A stretch of 64,000 nt of DNA from Trueperaceae bacterium (GTDB lineage: Bacteria; Deinococcota; Deinococci; Deinococcales; Trueperaceae): assembly GCA_034521815.1 (NCBI GenBank), contig JAXHLW010000013.1:960001-1024000 (forward strand), in the 5' to 3' direction. The notes below the pieces were generated by a model, which was not told where the DNA came from, searched no databases, and saw nothing but the letters and a program-made list of their open reading frames with translations. A program made the position numbers and the translations under genes. This document shows positions 43,814 through 53,848 of this stretch, in pieces (within the stretch, counting starts at the first letter, position 1; every line of letters starts with the position of its first letter).

Positions 43814-44566
43814 TCAGAGCGTCAGGCCCGCCAGGTGGAACGGTCCCTCCCGGCGGTACGCCTCGGCGTACGCGAACCGCCCGTGACCGCCCGCGCCGGC
43901 GGCGAGATGCGTGGCCCGGTCCAGCGCCCGGTGCAGCGACCGCCCGCGCTCGTACGGGTCGTCGATGTCGCCGTAGCCGGGAACGATCGCCTCGAGGTGC
44001 TCGGGCCGGTGCGTGCGCTCGAAGTGCCGTCCGCTGAACACCATCTGCGAGCGGAGCTCGTCCATCGCCCGCTCCTTCGCGCTCCAGACGTCGCTCACGT
44101 CGACCAGGCAGTTCGGCGCGTGGGGCGTCATGTAGTAGATCGCCTGAACGGCGTGCGGCGCGAGCTCGTGCAGCACGTCCACCCCGAAGTCGCGACCGGC
44201 CAGGGCGAGGCTCTCGAGCAACAGCGTCATCGCGGGACGCCTGTCGGGATCGAGGTCGTGCAGCGAGTGCTCGGGATCCTGGGTGATCACCACGTCGGGC
44301 CGCGTTTCGCGGATCACGCGCACCAGCTCGAGCTTCGAGGGGACGTCGACGGTGACCTCGCCGTAGCGCGTGTCGCCGAAGTCGACCTCGACGCCGAGGT
44401 GCTCGGCGGCACGCTGGATCTCGGGCCGACTCTCGTCCCTGGACAGGATCACGTGCGCGAACGAGTCGCCACCGCGTCGGGCGTTGATCGCCAAGGCGCC
44501 TCCCGCCTCGACCACCTCCATCCCGTACACGGCCAGCAGGAGCATGCGGAGCGGCTCTGGTTCCAT
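43814..44566 (-). CDS. PIG-L-fold protein with atypical active-site motifs
   Basis: VRVIRETRPDVVITQDP and VDVSDVWSAKERA...SQ fit the fold; HPDD and HxDH are replaced. Confidence 0.65.
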   Translation of the reverse strand: MEPEPLRMLLLAVYGMEVVEAGGALAINARRGGDSFAHVILSRDESRPEIQRAAEHLGVEVDFGDTRYGEVTVDVPSKLELVRVIRETRPDVVITQDPEHSLHDLDPDRRPAMTLLLESLALAGRDFGVDVLHELAPHAVQAIYYMTPHAPNCLVDVSDVWSAKERAMDELRSQMVFSGRHFERTHRPEHLEAIVPGYGDIDDPYERGRSLHRALDRATHLAAGAGGHGRFAYAEAYRREGPFHLAGLTL

Positions 44567-44571
44567 TCGGG

Positions 44572-45507
44572 TCACCTCCCGGTGCGGCCGGCGTGATCGC
44601 GCACGCGCGGCATCAGGGCGCCCTCCAGCGAGCGGCCCACGAGCGCGAAGCCCAGCACGGTCGCGGCGATCGCCAGGCCGGGCGGCAGCACCCACCAAGG
44701 CCACGAGCCGGTCAGGAAGGCGCCTCGCGTCTGAGCGTAGAACAGAATCGTGCCCCACGACTTCTGGAGCGGGTCGCCCAGCCCCAGGAACGCCAGGCTG
44801 GCCTCGGCCAGCACCGCGCCCGAGACGGCGACGATGAACTGCGACAGCGCGACCGGCAGGACGGCGGGCAGGACGTGCGTTCGCAGCACGTGGCTGGGCC
44901 GACCGCCCAGCGCGTGAGCCGCTTCGACGTAGGCGTGCGCGGAGACGCTCAGCGCCTGACTCCGCACGACCCGCGCCGGTCGGGCCCAGATCACCAGGGT
45001 CAGCACCGTGGCGGTCGTGGCGACGCTAGGGCCCAGGAACGCCGCCAGCACGATCACCAACGGCAGGAACGGCAACGTGAGGACCACGTCGGTGATGCGC
45101 ATGAGCACGACGTCGAGCCAGCCGCGCGCGGTGCCGGCGAGAACGCCGACGGCCGTGCCGAGCGTGACCGCGGCGAACGCCGCGAGCAGGCCGATGGTCA
45201 ACGAGACGCGCGCCCCGACCAGCAGCTCGGAGAAGATGTCCTGGCCGACGTCGTTGGTGCCCAGCCAGTGCTGCTGGCTGGGTGCGAGGTACGGCGCGGC
45301 GACGGTGACGCTGGGATCGTACGGCGCCAGGGCGGGGCCGAACAGCGCCGCGCCCGCGGTGAGCGCCAGCAGGGTCGCTCCGAGGAGCGCGGCCGGCGTG
45401 GCCAGCGGGAGCCGGAGCCGTCGAGCGATCGACGCCGCGCCGCCGCGGGTCGATGCGGCGCGCGGCGCCAAGACCTGACGGGCCGCTCGCAGGTCGGACG
45501 CTCTCAC
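44572..45507 (-). CDS. Peptide/nickel ABC permease (DppC-like)
   Basis: HWLGTNDVGQDIF, YVEAAHALG, EASLAFLGLG. Confidence 0.9.
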   Translation of the reverse strand: MRASDLRAARQVLAPRAASTRGGAASIARRLRLPLATPAALLGATLLALTAGAALFGPALAPYDPSVTVAAPYLAPSQQHWLGTNDVGQDIFSELLVGARVSLTIGLLAAFAAVTLGTAVGVLAGTARGWLDVVLMRITDVVLTLPFLPLVIVLAAFLGPSVATTATVLTLVIWARPARVVRSQALSVSAHAYVEAAHALGGRPSHVLRTHVLPAVLPVALSQFIVAVSGAVLAEASLAFLGLGDPLQKSWGTILFYAQTRGAFLTGSWPWWVLPPGLAIAATVLGFALVGRSLEGALMPRVRDHAGRTGR

Positions 45508-45517
45508 GGCGAGATCC

Positions 45518-46492
45518 TCACGTCGCCCCTCGTCGCACGCGCGGATCGAGCAGCGGGTAGACGGCGTCGGCCAAGGCGTTGGCGAGGACCACCGACACCG
45601 TGAGCACGAAGAACGCGCCCTGCAGCACCGGATAGTCTCGACTCAGCACCGCCTGGTAGAGCAGCGTGCCGACGCCCGGGTAGGCGAAGACCGTCTCGAT
45701 CACCGTGGCCCCGCCGACCAGGAACCCCAGGTTGAGGAACAGCAGCGTCGAGACGGGCAGCAGCGCGTTGCGGACGGCGTGGCGCATCAGCACGCGTCGC
45801 TCCGACAGTCCCTTGGCGCGGGCCGAGCGGACGTAGTCCTGACCCAGCACGTCCAGCATCGAGTAGCGCATCACCAGGTAGATTCCCGACAGGCTGGCCG
45901 CCGTCAGCGACGCGACCGGCAGCGCCAGGTGGCGTGCCACGTCGGCCAGATAGGCGACGCCGCCGGACGGACCGGCCGGCGTGGTGGCCCCGAAGGTCGG
46001 GAACCACCCGAACTGCACGGCGAACACCGCGATCGCCAGCATGCCGATCCAGAAGCTGGGCAGCGCGTCGACGACGATCGCTCCCGCGAGCGAGGCGGCG
46101 TCGAAGCGGCCGCCTCGCCGCCAGGCGGCGATCGCCCCGGCGACCACCCCGAACACCGTCGAGAGCAGCAGGCTGCTGCCGACCAGAAGCAACGTCCAGG
46201 GAAGCCGTTCGCGGATCGCTTCGGCGACGGGCATGCCCAGCTGGAACGATCTGCCCCAATCGCCGCGGACGATGTCCCCGAGGTAGTCCAGGTACTGCAC
46301 GCCGAGGCTTCGGTCCAGGCCGTAGAGCGCCCGGATCTCGTCGAGGCGCTCGGGCGCGAGCGTGCCGACCTCCTCGCCGACCAGGTAGGGAAGCGGGCTG
46401 CCCGGCATGGCGCGCGGCAACAGGAAGTTGACGCTCAGCGCGACCCACAACACCAGGCCGTACTGGAGCACCTTTCCGAGCAGACCGTGCAC
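45518..46492 (-). CDS. Peptide/nickel ABC permease (DppB-like)
   Basis: RAMPGSP, DYVRSARAKGL, RDYPVLQG, LDPRVR. Confidence 0.92.
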   Translation of the reverse strand: MHGLLGKVLQYGLVLWVALSVNFLLPRAMPGSPLPYLVGEEVGTLAPERLDEIRALYGLDRSLGVQYLDYLGDIVRGDWGRSFQLGMPVAEAIRERLPWTLLLVGSSLLLSTVFGVVAGAIAAWRRGGRFDAASLAGAIVVDALPSFWIGMLAIAVFAVQFGWFPTFGATTPAGPSGGVAYLADVARHLALPVASLTAASLSGIYLVMRYSMLDVLGQDYVRSARAKGLSERRVLMRHAVRNALLPVSTLLFLNLGFLVGGATVIETVFAYPGVGTLLYQAVLSRDYPVLQGAFFVLTVSVVLANALADAVYPLLDPRVRRGAT

Positions 46493-46512
46493 CGCGCTCC
46501 CCTCCCCGCGCT

Positions 46513-48153
46513 TCAGCGCGCCAGGAACGAGTGGACGTTGAGGATCCCTTGACCCGCCATGTAGACCCAGCCGTCGTAGGCGTCCGGCCTGTAGGCGTAG
46601 GCGCCCTGCGGATAGAACAGCGTCACGAACGGTACGTCGCGGGCCACGATCTCCTGCACGCGAGCCAGCAGCTCGGCACGCTCATCGGGATCGGTCGCGC
46701 GCGTCGCCGCCACGGTGAGCGCGTCGACCTCGGGATCCGCGTAGCCGCTCAGGTTGAGGGTGCCCAGCGAGGGATCGCCGTGCAGCAGCCCGAGCAGGTT
46801 GGCGCGGGCGTTGACCGGCGCGCTCCAGCCGAACACCGCCAGCTGGTAGTCGCGTCCGCGCGAGACGTCGAACCCCGGCCAGGCCTTCTCGGTCAGGGCG
46901 TCGAACTCCATGCTGCGCACGTCGGCGTCGATCCCGACCGCGGCGAGGTCCTGCGCGATCAGCTCGGCGGCGCGCAAACGGGTGGGATTGTTGGACGGCG
47001 CGAGCAGCTCGAAGCCCAGTCGCGCGCCGTCCGCGCCGACGTACACGCCGTCGCGGCCCAGCGTGTAGCCGGCCTGCTCGAGCTCCGCCCGGACCGCATC
47101 GCGGTCCAGCGGAGCCGGCTCGGCCGTCTCCGGATTCGCGAACGGCGTGGCGGGGTGCAGGAAGCCGGGCGCGCCGACCGTGCCGGCGCCGAGCAGCAGC
47201 ACCTCGACCAGCCTGCGGGTATCGATCGCGGCGGCGATGGCGCGGCGCACCGCCGGATCGCTGAGCTCTGGCCGGGTGACGTCCATGAGCAGCAGCGTGG
47301 TGGCGAAGCTCGATCCACGGGCGACCTCGAGGTTCGGTGCCGCCTCGAACGCGGCCACCGAGGCGGGCGGCAGGGCACGGGCGGCGGCGTCGATCTCGCC
47401 GGCGCGGAGCGCCTGGAAGGTGGTGGTCTCGTCGCGGATGATCGGTACGATGATCGTCGTCAGTGTCGGCTCGGCGCCCCAGAACGCCGGGTTCGCCTCG
47501 AACCTGTAGAAGCGCTCGGCCTCGATCTGGGTCAGCCGGTAGGGACCGGTGCCCACCGCCTCGCGGACCGCGCGGGGATCGTCGATCTCTCGGTAGACGT
47601 GCTCGGGCAGCATCGGAAGGTCGGCGAGGACCGCTTCCTCGAACGTCGCGTCGGGCGCGCCGAGCTCCAGGCGCAGCTCGTACGGACCGACGACGTCGAT
47701 ACGCGCGACCCGTTCCGCGGCGCTGGTGAAGCGGCTCATCACGTGCGTGCGGTAGTAGTCGAAGCTGAACGCGACGTCGTCCGCGTCGAACCGCTCGCCG
47801 TCGTGCCAGCGAACGTCGTCGCGCAAGCGCACGCGGTAGCGCACGACGTCGTCCTCGCCCGGTTCGCCCTCGCCGGGCTCGATCTCGACCGACGTCGCCA
47901 GCCAGGGGCGCGGCCGCAGCTCGGGATCCATCCGGAGCAGCGTGTCGAACACCAGGCTCATCAGCTCGTAGCCGGGATAGCCGGTGACGTAGGTGTACGG
48001 GGTGAGGCTGCCCTCGTCGCCGGGGATCGCCAGACGCAACGTTCCCGGCTCCTGCGCCTGAGCCGGCGAGGCGCCGCCGAGGACGAGCCAGGCCGCGACC
48101 GCGATCGTGACCACGATGCTGGACGAAGAGAGGATTCGGGCGGCTCGCTTCAT
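46513..48153 (-). CDS. Peptide/nickel ABC substrate-binding protein (family 5)
   Basis: Signal peptide; LRDDVRWHDGERFDADDVAFS, VGTGPY. Confidence 0.9.
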   Translation of the reverse strand: MKRAARILSSSSIVVTIAVAAWLVLGGASPAQAQEPGTLRLAIPGDEGSLTPYTYVTGYPGYELMSLVFDTLLRMDPELRPRPWLATSVEIEPGEGEPGEDDVVRYRVRLRDDVRWHDGERFDADDVAFSFDYYRTHVMSRFTSAAERVARIDVVGPYELRLELGAPDATFEEAVLADLPMLPEHVYREIDDPRAVREAVGTGPYRLTQIEAERFYRFEANPAFWGAEPTLTTIIVPIIRDETTTFQALRAGEIDAAARALPPASVAAFEAAPNLEVARGSSFATTLLLMDVTRPELSDPAVRRAIAAAIDTRRLVEVLLLGAGTVGAPGFLHPATPFANPETAEPAPLDRDAVRAELEQAGYTLGRDGVYVGADGARLGFELLAPSNNPTRLRAAELIAQDLAAVGIDADVRSMEFDALTEKAWPGFDVSRGRDYQLAVFGWSAPVNARANLLGLLHGDPSLGTLNLSGYADPEVDALTVAATRATDPDERAELLARVQEIVARDVPFVTLFYPQGAYAYRPDAYDGWVYMAGQGILNVHSFLAR

Positions 48154-48236
48154 GTCGGTCCTCCTCAGCGCGGCCCTCGTCGTAGCGCTCCTCGCTCATG
48201 GCGTCCGAGTGCATCGCAGCACGAGTCCTGTCGCCA

Positions 48237-48258
48237 CTATTGCATGTAGTCGCAATAG
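48237..48258. promoter_or_regulatory. Palindromic operator, probable Fur-family box
   Basis: CTATTGC-N8-GCAATAG between divergent ABC and Fur-family genes. Confidence 0.6.
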
Positions 48259-48268
48259 ATCCGTGGGA

Positions 48269-48329
48269 CGTTCGCCCCCTGACACGTTCGCCGCAGGACC
48301 GTTCGCCGCAGGACCGTTCGCCGCTGGCA
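48269..48329. repeat. 15-16 bp tandem repeat (CGTTCGCCGCAGGAC-like, four units)
   Basis: Directly visible; two exact and two degenerate units. Confidence 0.85.
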
Positions 48330-48397
48330 CGGCGTCGCTACGACGACGGGCCGCCCGGCCCTTGAGCGGATGCCCGCGAGGTGGTATTCGGTGATGC

Positions 48398-48829
48398 ATG
48401 TCGCACGACACCTGGAACTACCAGGACGCGCTCCGCCGCGACGGCTACCGGGTGACGCCGCAACGCGAACGGATCATGGACCTCGTTTGCCAGGCGGGCA
48501 TGCGCCTCAGCGCCCAACAGATCTGCGAGGCGGCGCGAAGCGGCCCGCCCGCCATGAACGACGCGACCGTCTACCGCAACCTGCGCTTCCTGACCGAACG
48601 GAAGCTGCTTCGCGCCATCGAGCAGGACGGCCGCACCTGCTACGTGCTGGGTGGCCCCGCGGCGTCCCACCACCACCTGATCTGCCGCCGCTGCGGCGAC
48701 GAGATCGAGATTCCCGACGACGCCACGAGCGAGCTGTACGCACGGCTCGAAAGGCGCTACGGCTTCCGCGTCGACGACGATCACCTGGTCCTGCACGGAC
48801 ACTGTCGCGCCTGCCTGGCGACCCCCTGA
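48398..48829 (+). CDS. Fur family transcriptional regulator (Fur/Zur/PerR-like)
   Basis: RVTPQR, ATVYRNL, HHHLICRRCG, GHCRAC. Confidence 0.92.
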   Translation: MSHDTWNYQDALRRDGYRVTPQRERIMDLVCQAGMRLSAQQICEAARSGPPAMNDATVYRNLRFLTERKLLRAIEQDGRTCYVLGGPAASHHHLICRRCGDEIEIPDDATSELYARLERRYGFRVDDDHLVLHGHCRACLATP

Positions 48830-48905
48830 CGATCGATCGCACGACCGGCGAAGCGACCGACCGGCCTGCCCGCCTCGGGTATCCTTTCCGGGCGTTCGCC
48901 TTCGT

Positions 48906-48982
48906 GCGCCCGTAGCTCAGGTGGATAGAGCAGGGGACTCCTAAGCCTCGTGTCGCAGGTTCGACTCCTGCCGGGCGCACCA
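48906..48982 (+). tRNA. tRNA-Arg (anticodon CCT)
   Basis: Acceptor stem GCGCCCG/CGGGCGC, TAGCTCAG..GGATAGAGC D-arm, loop CTCCTAA, GTTCGA T-loop, encoded CCA. Confidence 0.93.
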
Positions 48983-49117
48983 ACGACGGGGCGGCCAGCG
49001 CATCCGTCCACGGGTGTCGAATGCGCGCCGCGTTTCCTGCGTGTCAGCCCATCGTCGGAAAAGCGCCGACGCGTCCATCGCCTTCGCGCCGCTAGACTGC
49101 ATGCGAGGAGGTGGACC

Positions 49118-49561
49118 ATGTTGGTGCGCGAGTTCATGCATTCCGAGCCCGTCACGATCTCGCCCGACACGCCGCTTCTCGAAGCGGAGTGGCGCATGCA
49201 GGAAGGCGGGTTTCGGCACCTTCCGATCGTCGACGGCGACGACCGGCTCGTCGGCATCGTCAGCGACCGCGACCTGCGCGAAGCCGCGCCATCCGACGCC
49301 ACCGTGCTTTCCCGCCAAGAGCTGACCTACCTCCTGAGCCGCCTGAAGGTGAAGGACGTGATGACGAAGCCGGTCCTCACCGCCCGCCCCGCCGAGCCGG
49401 CCGAGGCCGCCGCGATCCGCATGCGCGAGAACAAGGTGGGCGCCCTTCCCGTCGTCGACGACGAACGCCTCGTCGGCATCGTGACCACGGCGGACATGCT
49501 GGACGCGCTCGTACGCGCGCTCCAGGCGCAACGCACCGCGTCCAAGGCGTCGCGCGACTGA
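49118..49561 (+). CDS. CBS-pair protein (AcuB-like)
   Basis: GAGGAGG RBS; FRHLPIVD, GIVSDRDL, VGALPVVD. Confidence 0.88.
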   Translation: MLVREFMHSEPVTISPDTPLLEAEWRMQEGGFRHLPIVDGDDRLVGIVSDRDLREAAPSDATVLSRQELTYLLSRLKVKDVMTKPVLTARPAEPAEAAAIRMRENKVGALPVVDDERLVGIVTTADMLDALVRALQAQRTASKASRD

Positions 49562-49604
49562 GCCCGTCTCACCCGCTTCACCGCCGCGAGCGGTACGACG
49601 GTGC

Positions 49605-50783
49605 ATGCTTCGCGACCTGCTCCGCACCGCCCTTCCGCTGATCGCGCTCGCCACCGCACCGGGGGCCTGGGCGCAAGCGCCGGCCGACCCGCAGCCGTAC
49701 CGCCTCACCGTGATCGTCTCCGAGCTGGGCCCTGCCGCTGCGCGCGGGGTTCTCGAACGCCGCGTCACCGAGGCGTGGGCCGCGAGGAGCGCTGGCCTCG
49801 GCGGCGTGTACGGCCGCGCGCTGGACGTGCGGGTGGTGGGCGACGCCGGAACGCCGGAACGCGCGGTGCGCGCCGCGCGCGACGCGATCGACGCCGGCGC
49901 TCACGCGCTCGTGTGCTGCAGCACCGCGGCCGCGACGACCCAGGTCGCGCCCGTGGCCGCGGGCGCGGGCGTCCCCCTGCTCTCGCCCACCGCCGGAGGG
50001 GTCGACGACGCGGCGGGGTGGCAGTTCGTCCTGGCGCCGGACGAAGCGACGCACCTCCAGGCGATCGTGCGCGACGCCTACGCTCGCGGCCTGAACCGAC
50101 TGGGAATGATGACGCTGGAGGGACCGTTCGGCGACACCGCCGTCGAGCGGCTCCGCGGCTTCATGGGCGTGCCCGAGCTGCAGCTGGTCGGCGAGGCGCG
50201 CTACCCCGCAGACGCCACGGTCCTCACCCCCGAAGCGCTCTGGGTCGCGACCCGCGAGCCCAGCGCGATCGTCGTGTGGGGGCTGCGGGCCGACACGGCC
50301 GTGGCCGTCGAGGGCCTGAGGGCACGGGGCTGGGACGGACCCGTCTACCTGCGCGCTGCGCTCCTCGACCCGCTGGCGGGCGGGTTGCCCCGCGGCCTCT
50401 CGGGAGACGTGCGGGTCCCCGTCTCCCCCGCGTCGCTCCCGAGCGCCGTGGGCGACAGCGACCTGGCGGCGAGCTGGATCTTCGACGCTCGCGCCCTCGG
50501 GGACGGCCGACTCGAGAGCCGGCCCTACCTCGCGGACGGCGCGATCGTGCACGACGCGCTGGAGCTGGCGCGCCGCGCGCTCGAGCAGGCGGCCAGCTAC
50601 GGCGTCGATCCGGCGAACCTGCGCGGCTTCCGGCTGGCGTTGCGCGACGCGCTGGTCACCCTTCCCGAGACCACCTTGGCGGCGGGAACGTATGACCTGA
50701 CGATGGACTCGACGTCGGCGGCGCTGGCGCAGGGGCTCACGATGGCGCGCCTCGTGGCGGGCCGCCTGGAGCCTCTTCGCTGA
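49605..50783 (+). CDS. Branched-chain amino acid-type (PBP1) substrate-binding protein
   Basis: Signal peptide; GGVYGRALDV..GDAGTPERAV. Confidence 0.7.
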   Translation: MLRDLLRTALPLIALATAPGAWAQAPADPQPYRLTVIVSELGPAAARGVLERRVTEAWAARSAGLGGVYGRALDVRVVGDAGTPERAVRAARDAIDAGAHALVCCSTAAATTQVAPVAAGAGVPLLSPTAGGVDDAAGWQFVLAPDEATHLQAIVRDAYARGLNRLGMMTLEGPFGDTAVERLRGFMGVPELQLVGEARYPADATVLTPEALWVATREPSAIVVWGLRADTAVAVEGLRARGWDGPVYLRAALLDPLAGGLPRGLSGDVRVPVSPASLPSAVGDSDLAASWIFDARALGDGRLESRPYLADGAIVHDALELARRALEQAASYGVDPANLRGFRLALRDALVTLPETTLAAGTYDLTMDSTSAALAQGLTMARLVAGRLEPLR

Positions 50784-50847
50784 GGCGCAGCCCAGCGCGC
50801 AGTGGGGCACGCCGCAGCCGCTGCCGGCGAGCCGCGACCGGCACGCT

Positions 50848-51984
50848 ATGCTGACGCCAATGATCTCCACGCTGGAACGAATCCGAGACGAGTTCGAGAC
50901 GCTCGAGCGCACGCTCGGCGATCCGGAGGTGCTGGCCGATGCGGCCCGCTACCGGAGCGTCACGCAGCGCTACGGCGATCTCAAACCGATCGTCGAGGCC
51001 TACCGGAGATACCGGGGGATCCTCTCGGCGATCGATCAGGCCAGGGAGCTGCAGCGCGACCCCGAGTTCAGCGAGATCGCGGGCGAGGAGCTCGACGACC
51101 TGGAGCCGCAGCGCGAGGCGCTCGAGGCGAGCTTGCAACGCCTGTTGATCCCCAAGGATCCGTTCGACCACAAGAACGTGATCCTCGAGATCCGCGCGGC
51201 CGCGGGCGGCGACGAGGCGTCGCTGTTCGCTCGCGAGATGCTCGAGATGTACAAGCGCTTCGCCGAGAAGCACGGCTTCGCCGTCGAGCTGCTCGACTCC
51301 GCCCCGACGGAGGTCGGCGGCCTGTCCAAGGTGTCGTCCGAAGTTCGCGGTCGCGGCGCGTATTCGCGCCTCAAGTACGAGTCGGGCGTCCACCGCGTCC
51401 AGCGCGTGCCCGAGACCGAGACCCAGGGGCGGATCCACACCAGCACCGTCACCGTGGCGGTGCTGCCCGAGGCCGAGGACGTCGACGTGGAGCTGTCGCC
51501 GACCGACTACCGGGTGGACGTGTACCGCTCGTCCGGACCGGGGGGCCAGTCGGTCAACACCACCGACAGCGCGGTCCGCCTCACCTATAGGGCCGGCACG
51601 GACGAAGAGATCGTCGTCACCTGCCAGGACGGCAAGAGCCAGCTCAAGAACAAGGACAAGGCGCTCGCCGTGCTCCGCGCCCGGCTGCTGGAGCGCGAGC
51701 GCTCCCGCGCCGAAGCCGAGGCGCGCCAGGCCCGGCTCGTCCAGATCGGCACCGGCGACCGCTCGGAGAAGGTCCGGACCTACAACGTGCCGCAGTCGCG
51801 GGTGACCGATCACCGCATCGGATTCACCACCCGGAACCTCGCCCAGGTGCTGGCCGGCGACCTGGACGAGATCGTAGACGCCCTGAGCGAGGCCGAGCAG
51901 GCGGAGCGGCTCACGCAGCTCGCCACCGCGGACCCGTCCACCACCGACCATCGCAGCAGCGAGCGGGCCGGTGGCTCGGCGTGA
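50848..51984 (+). CDS. prfA: Peptide chain release factor 1
   Basis: GGDEASLF, ESGVHRVQRVPETE (PxT), GGQSVNTTDSAVR. Confidence 0.97.
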   Translation: MLTPMISTLERIRDEFETLERTLGDPEVLADAARYRSVTQRYGDLKPIVEAYRRYRGILSAIDQARELQRDPEFSEIAGEELDDLEPQREALEASLQRLLIPKDPFDHKNVILEIRAAAGGDEASLFAREMLEMYKRFAEKHGFAVELLDSAPTEVGGLSKVSSEVRGRGAYSRLKYESGVHRVQRVPETETQGRIHTSTVTVAVLPEAEDVDVELSPTDYRVDVYRSSGPGGQSVNTTDSAVRLTYRAGTDEEIVVTCQDGKSQLKNKDKALAVLRARLLERERSRAEAEARQARLVQIGTGDRSEKVRTYNVPQSRVTDHRIGFTTRNLAQVLAGDLDEIVDALSEAEQAERLTQLATADPSTTDHRSSERAGGSA

Positions 51985-52495
51985 GTTCGTCGTTGCCGCA
52001 GCGATCCTCCTCGACGCGCGAGGACGGGTACTGCTCGTCGGCAACGACTGGCAAGGACACGGGAACGTTCGATGGACGCTGCCGGGCGGCGTCGTCGAGC
52101 GCTACGAATCCACCCTGGACGCGCTGAGCCGAGAGGTGTACGAAGAGACCGGGCTCACCGTCACCCGGATCCAGCACCTGGCGTACGCGGTCCACGTCGA
52201 GGACCGGCGACGCAACGATCGCGCCATCAGCTTCGCGTTCGTCGCCGACTACGACGGACTCCTGAACCCCCGCGATCCGGACGGCTTCATCGTCGAGGCC
52301 CGCTTCGTTCCGGCCGACGAGATCCAGCGGACGATCCCGATCCCGCCGCTGCGCGAGCCGCTGCTGGCCTACCTGAGCGACCGGCGGCCCGGACGGTTCT
52401 TCTCCTACGCCGGCTGGGACGGCCGCGGCATGCGCGTCATCGACGGCCTGCCCCCGGGCGTCACGGCGGGGCCGATGGACCCGGACGACGACTGA
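51971..52495 (+). CDS. NUDIX hydrolase
   Basis: PGGVVERYESTLDALSREVYEETGL. Confidence 0.88.
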   Translation: MARREFVVAAAILLDARGRVLLVGNDWQGHGNVRWTLPGGVVERYESTLDALSREVYEETGLTVTRIQHLAYAVHVEDRRRNDRAISFAFVADYDGLLNPRDPDGFIVEARFVPADEIQRTIPIPPLREPLLAYLSDRRPGRFFSYAGWDGRGMRVIDGLPPGVTAGPMDPDDD

Positions 52496-53739
52496 CCAGA
52501 AGGTCCGCCCAGCGATGCCGCGGCGCGCGCTCCAAGGCGGCCAGCAGCCAGGCGCGCGCCTCGGGCGCCAGCGTCGCCGCGACCCGGCGCAGATCGTCGT
52601 CGTCCTCGGCCCGCGGGCGGCGGTCCGCGAGGCGTGCTTTCGTGAGCAGGACGATCTCGGGCGCCAAGGTGGGAACGTCCGTGACGGGGCCTCCGTCGGC
52701 CCCGGTCGGCAGGACCTGCGCACGGTGCCCCGACCCGGCTGGAACGCGAACGTGCCCGAACGCGCGGGCCAGCGGCCGCCGAACGCCGGCATCGCCACGC
52801 AGGCTCCACTGGCCGGGCGCTCTCGCCTCGAGCACCACGTCCCAGAACACGGGATCGTCCTGCACGCCGCGAGCCGACGCCAACGGCGACGAAGCCAGCG
52901 CCCGGCCGTCGCGTCCCTCCAGGCGGCGCGACGCACGGAACGGCGTCCACGGGCCACCCGGAGGTGCGAAGTGCGACCCTGGACGCGACGCAGGCGGCCA
53001 GGACCGTCTGGGCGTGATCACGATCGACGACGACGTCGACATCGTCGTGAACGCGCGTGGGACGGCCAAGGTGGAGATCGAGCGCCCAGCCGCCTCCGAT
53101 CGCCCAGCCGGCCGGCGGAACGTCCCGCACGCTGGCGAGCACACGGGCCGCCCGTGCGACGGGACCGAACCCGTTGCGAGCGATCGCCTCCTGACCGGCG
53201 CGCGCCTCGAAGGCTCGGATCCAGTCGTGCTTCCCTTGGACGTAGGCGGATCGGTCGCCTCGGTGATCGACCACCAGGCGCGCCTTGAGCTGGGCGTACG
53301 CCTGCCGGGAGGCAGGCTCGCTGCACAGCAGATCCCGAAACGCCAGGTGCCTCCGCAGCATCGAGACCGCGTGAGGCGCCACGACGTGAAGATGGACGGC
53401 GTGGCCGCCGCGGGTGAAGAAGCGGCGGTCTGGCAGGCCGTGCTCGCCGTGATCCACGAAGCCGATCGCGGCCAGGTCGGTGAGGGCGGCCCGGTCCAGC
53501 GGCCAGTCGACCGCGCGGGCCATCACGTCCAGGGTCGGCTTGGCGTCCAGGCCGCGCACCGCGGTGCTGCCGACGTGATGGATCTCCAGCAGGCGGCCGG
53601 CCGGGCTCTCGAACGCGTCGCCCCATGCTGCGAGCAGCTCGCGACCGACACCTCGGTAGCGCTCGCCCCACGCGTCATCGACCGGTACCAGCCGGACGGG
53701 CTGGTCCTCGTCGGGCGGGCGCGGTACCGGTCCACTCAC
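52461..53739 (-). CDS. GrpB-domain protein fused to a nucleotidyltransferase-like domain (frameshift near 52990)
   Basis: IHHVGSTAVRGLDAKPTLD, HLAFRDLL, YVQGK; then GGWALDL..RVHDDVD; LAPEIVLLTKA. Confidence 0.7.
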
Positions 53740-53848
53740 GAGGCACCTCGCAGAGACGCCGAACGCGCCTCTGCGCTGTCGTGAGGTTGAACTCGATCGG
53801 AATCGACTGGCGCCATGATCACTCCACCTCGCTGATACCATGCGCGCG

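Noticed and set aside
48269-48329. Possible CRISPR array
   Set aside because: Short adjacent repeats without spacers, and no cas genes in the window.
48906-48982. tRNA as an island integration site; A-G mismatch at the base of the anticodon stem
   Set aside because: No integrase or duplicated tRNA 3' end is visible; a single mismatch cannot be told apart from sequencing error.
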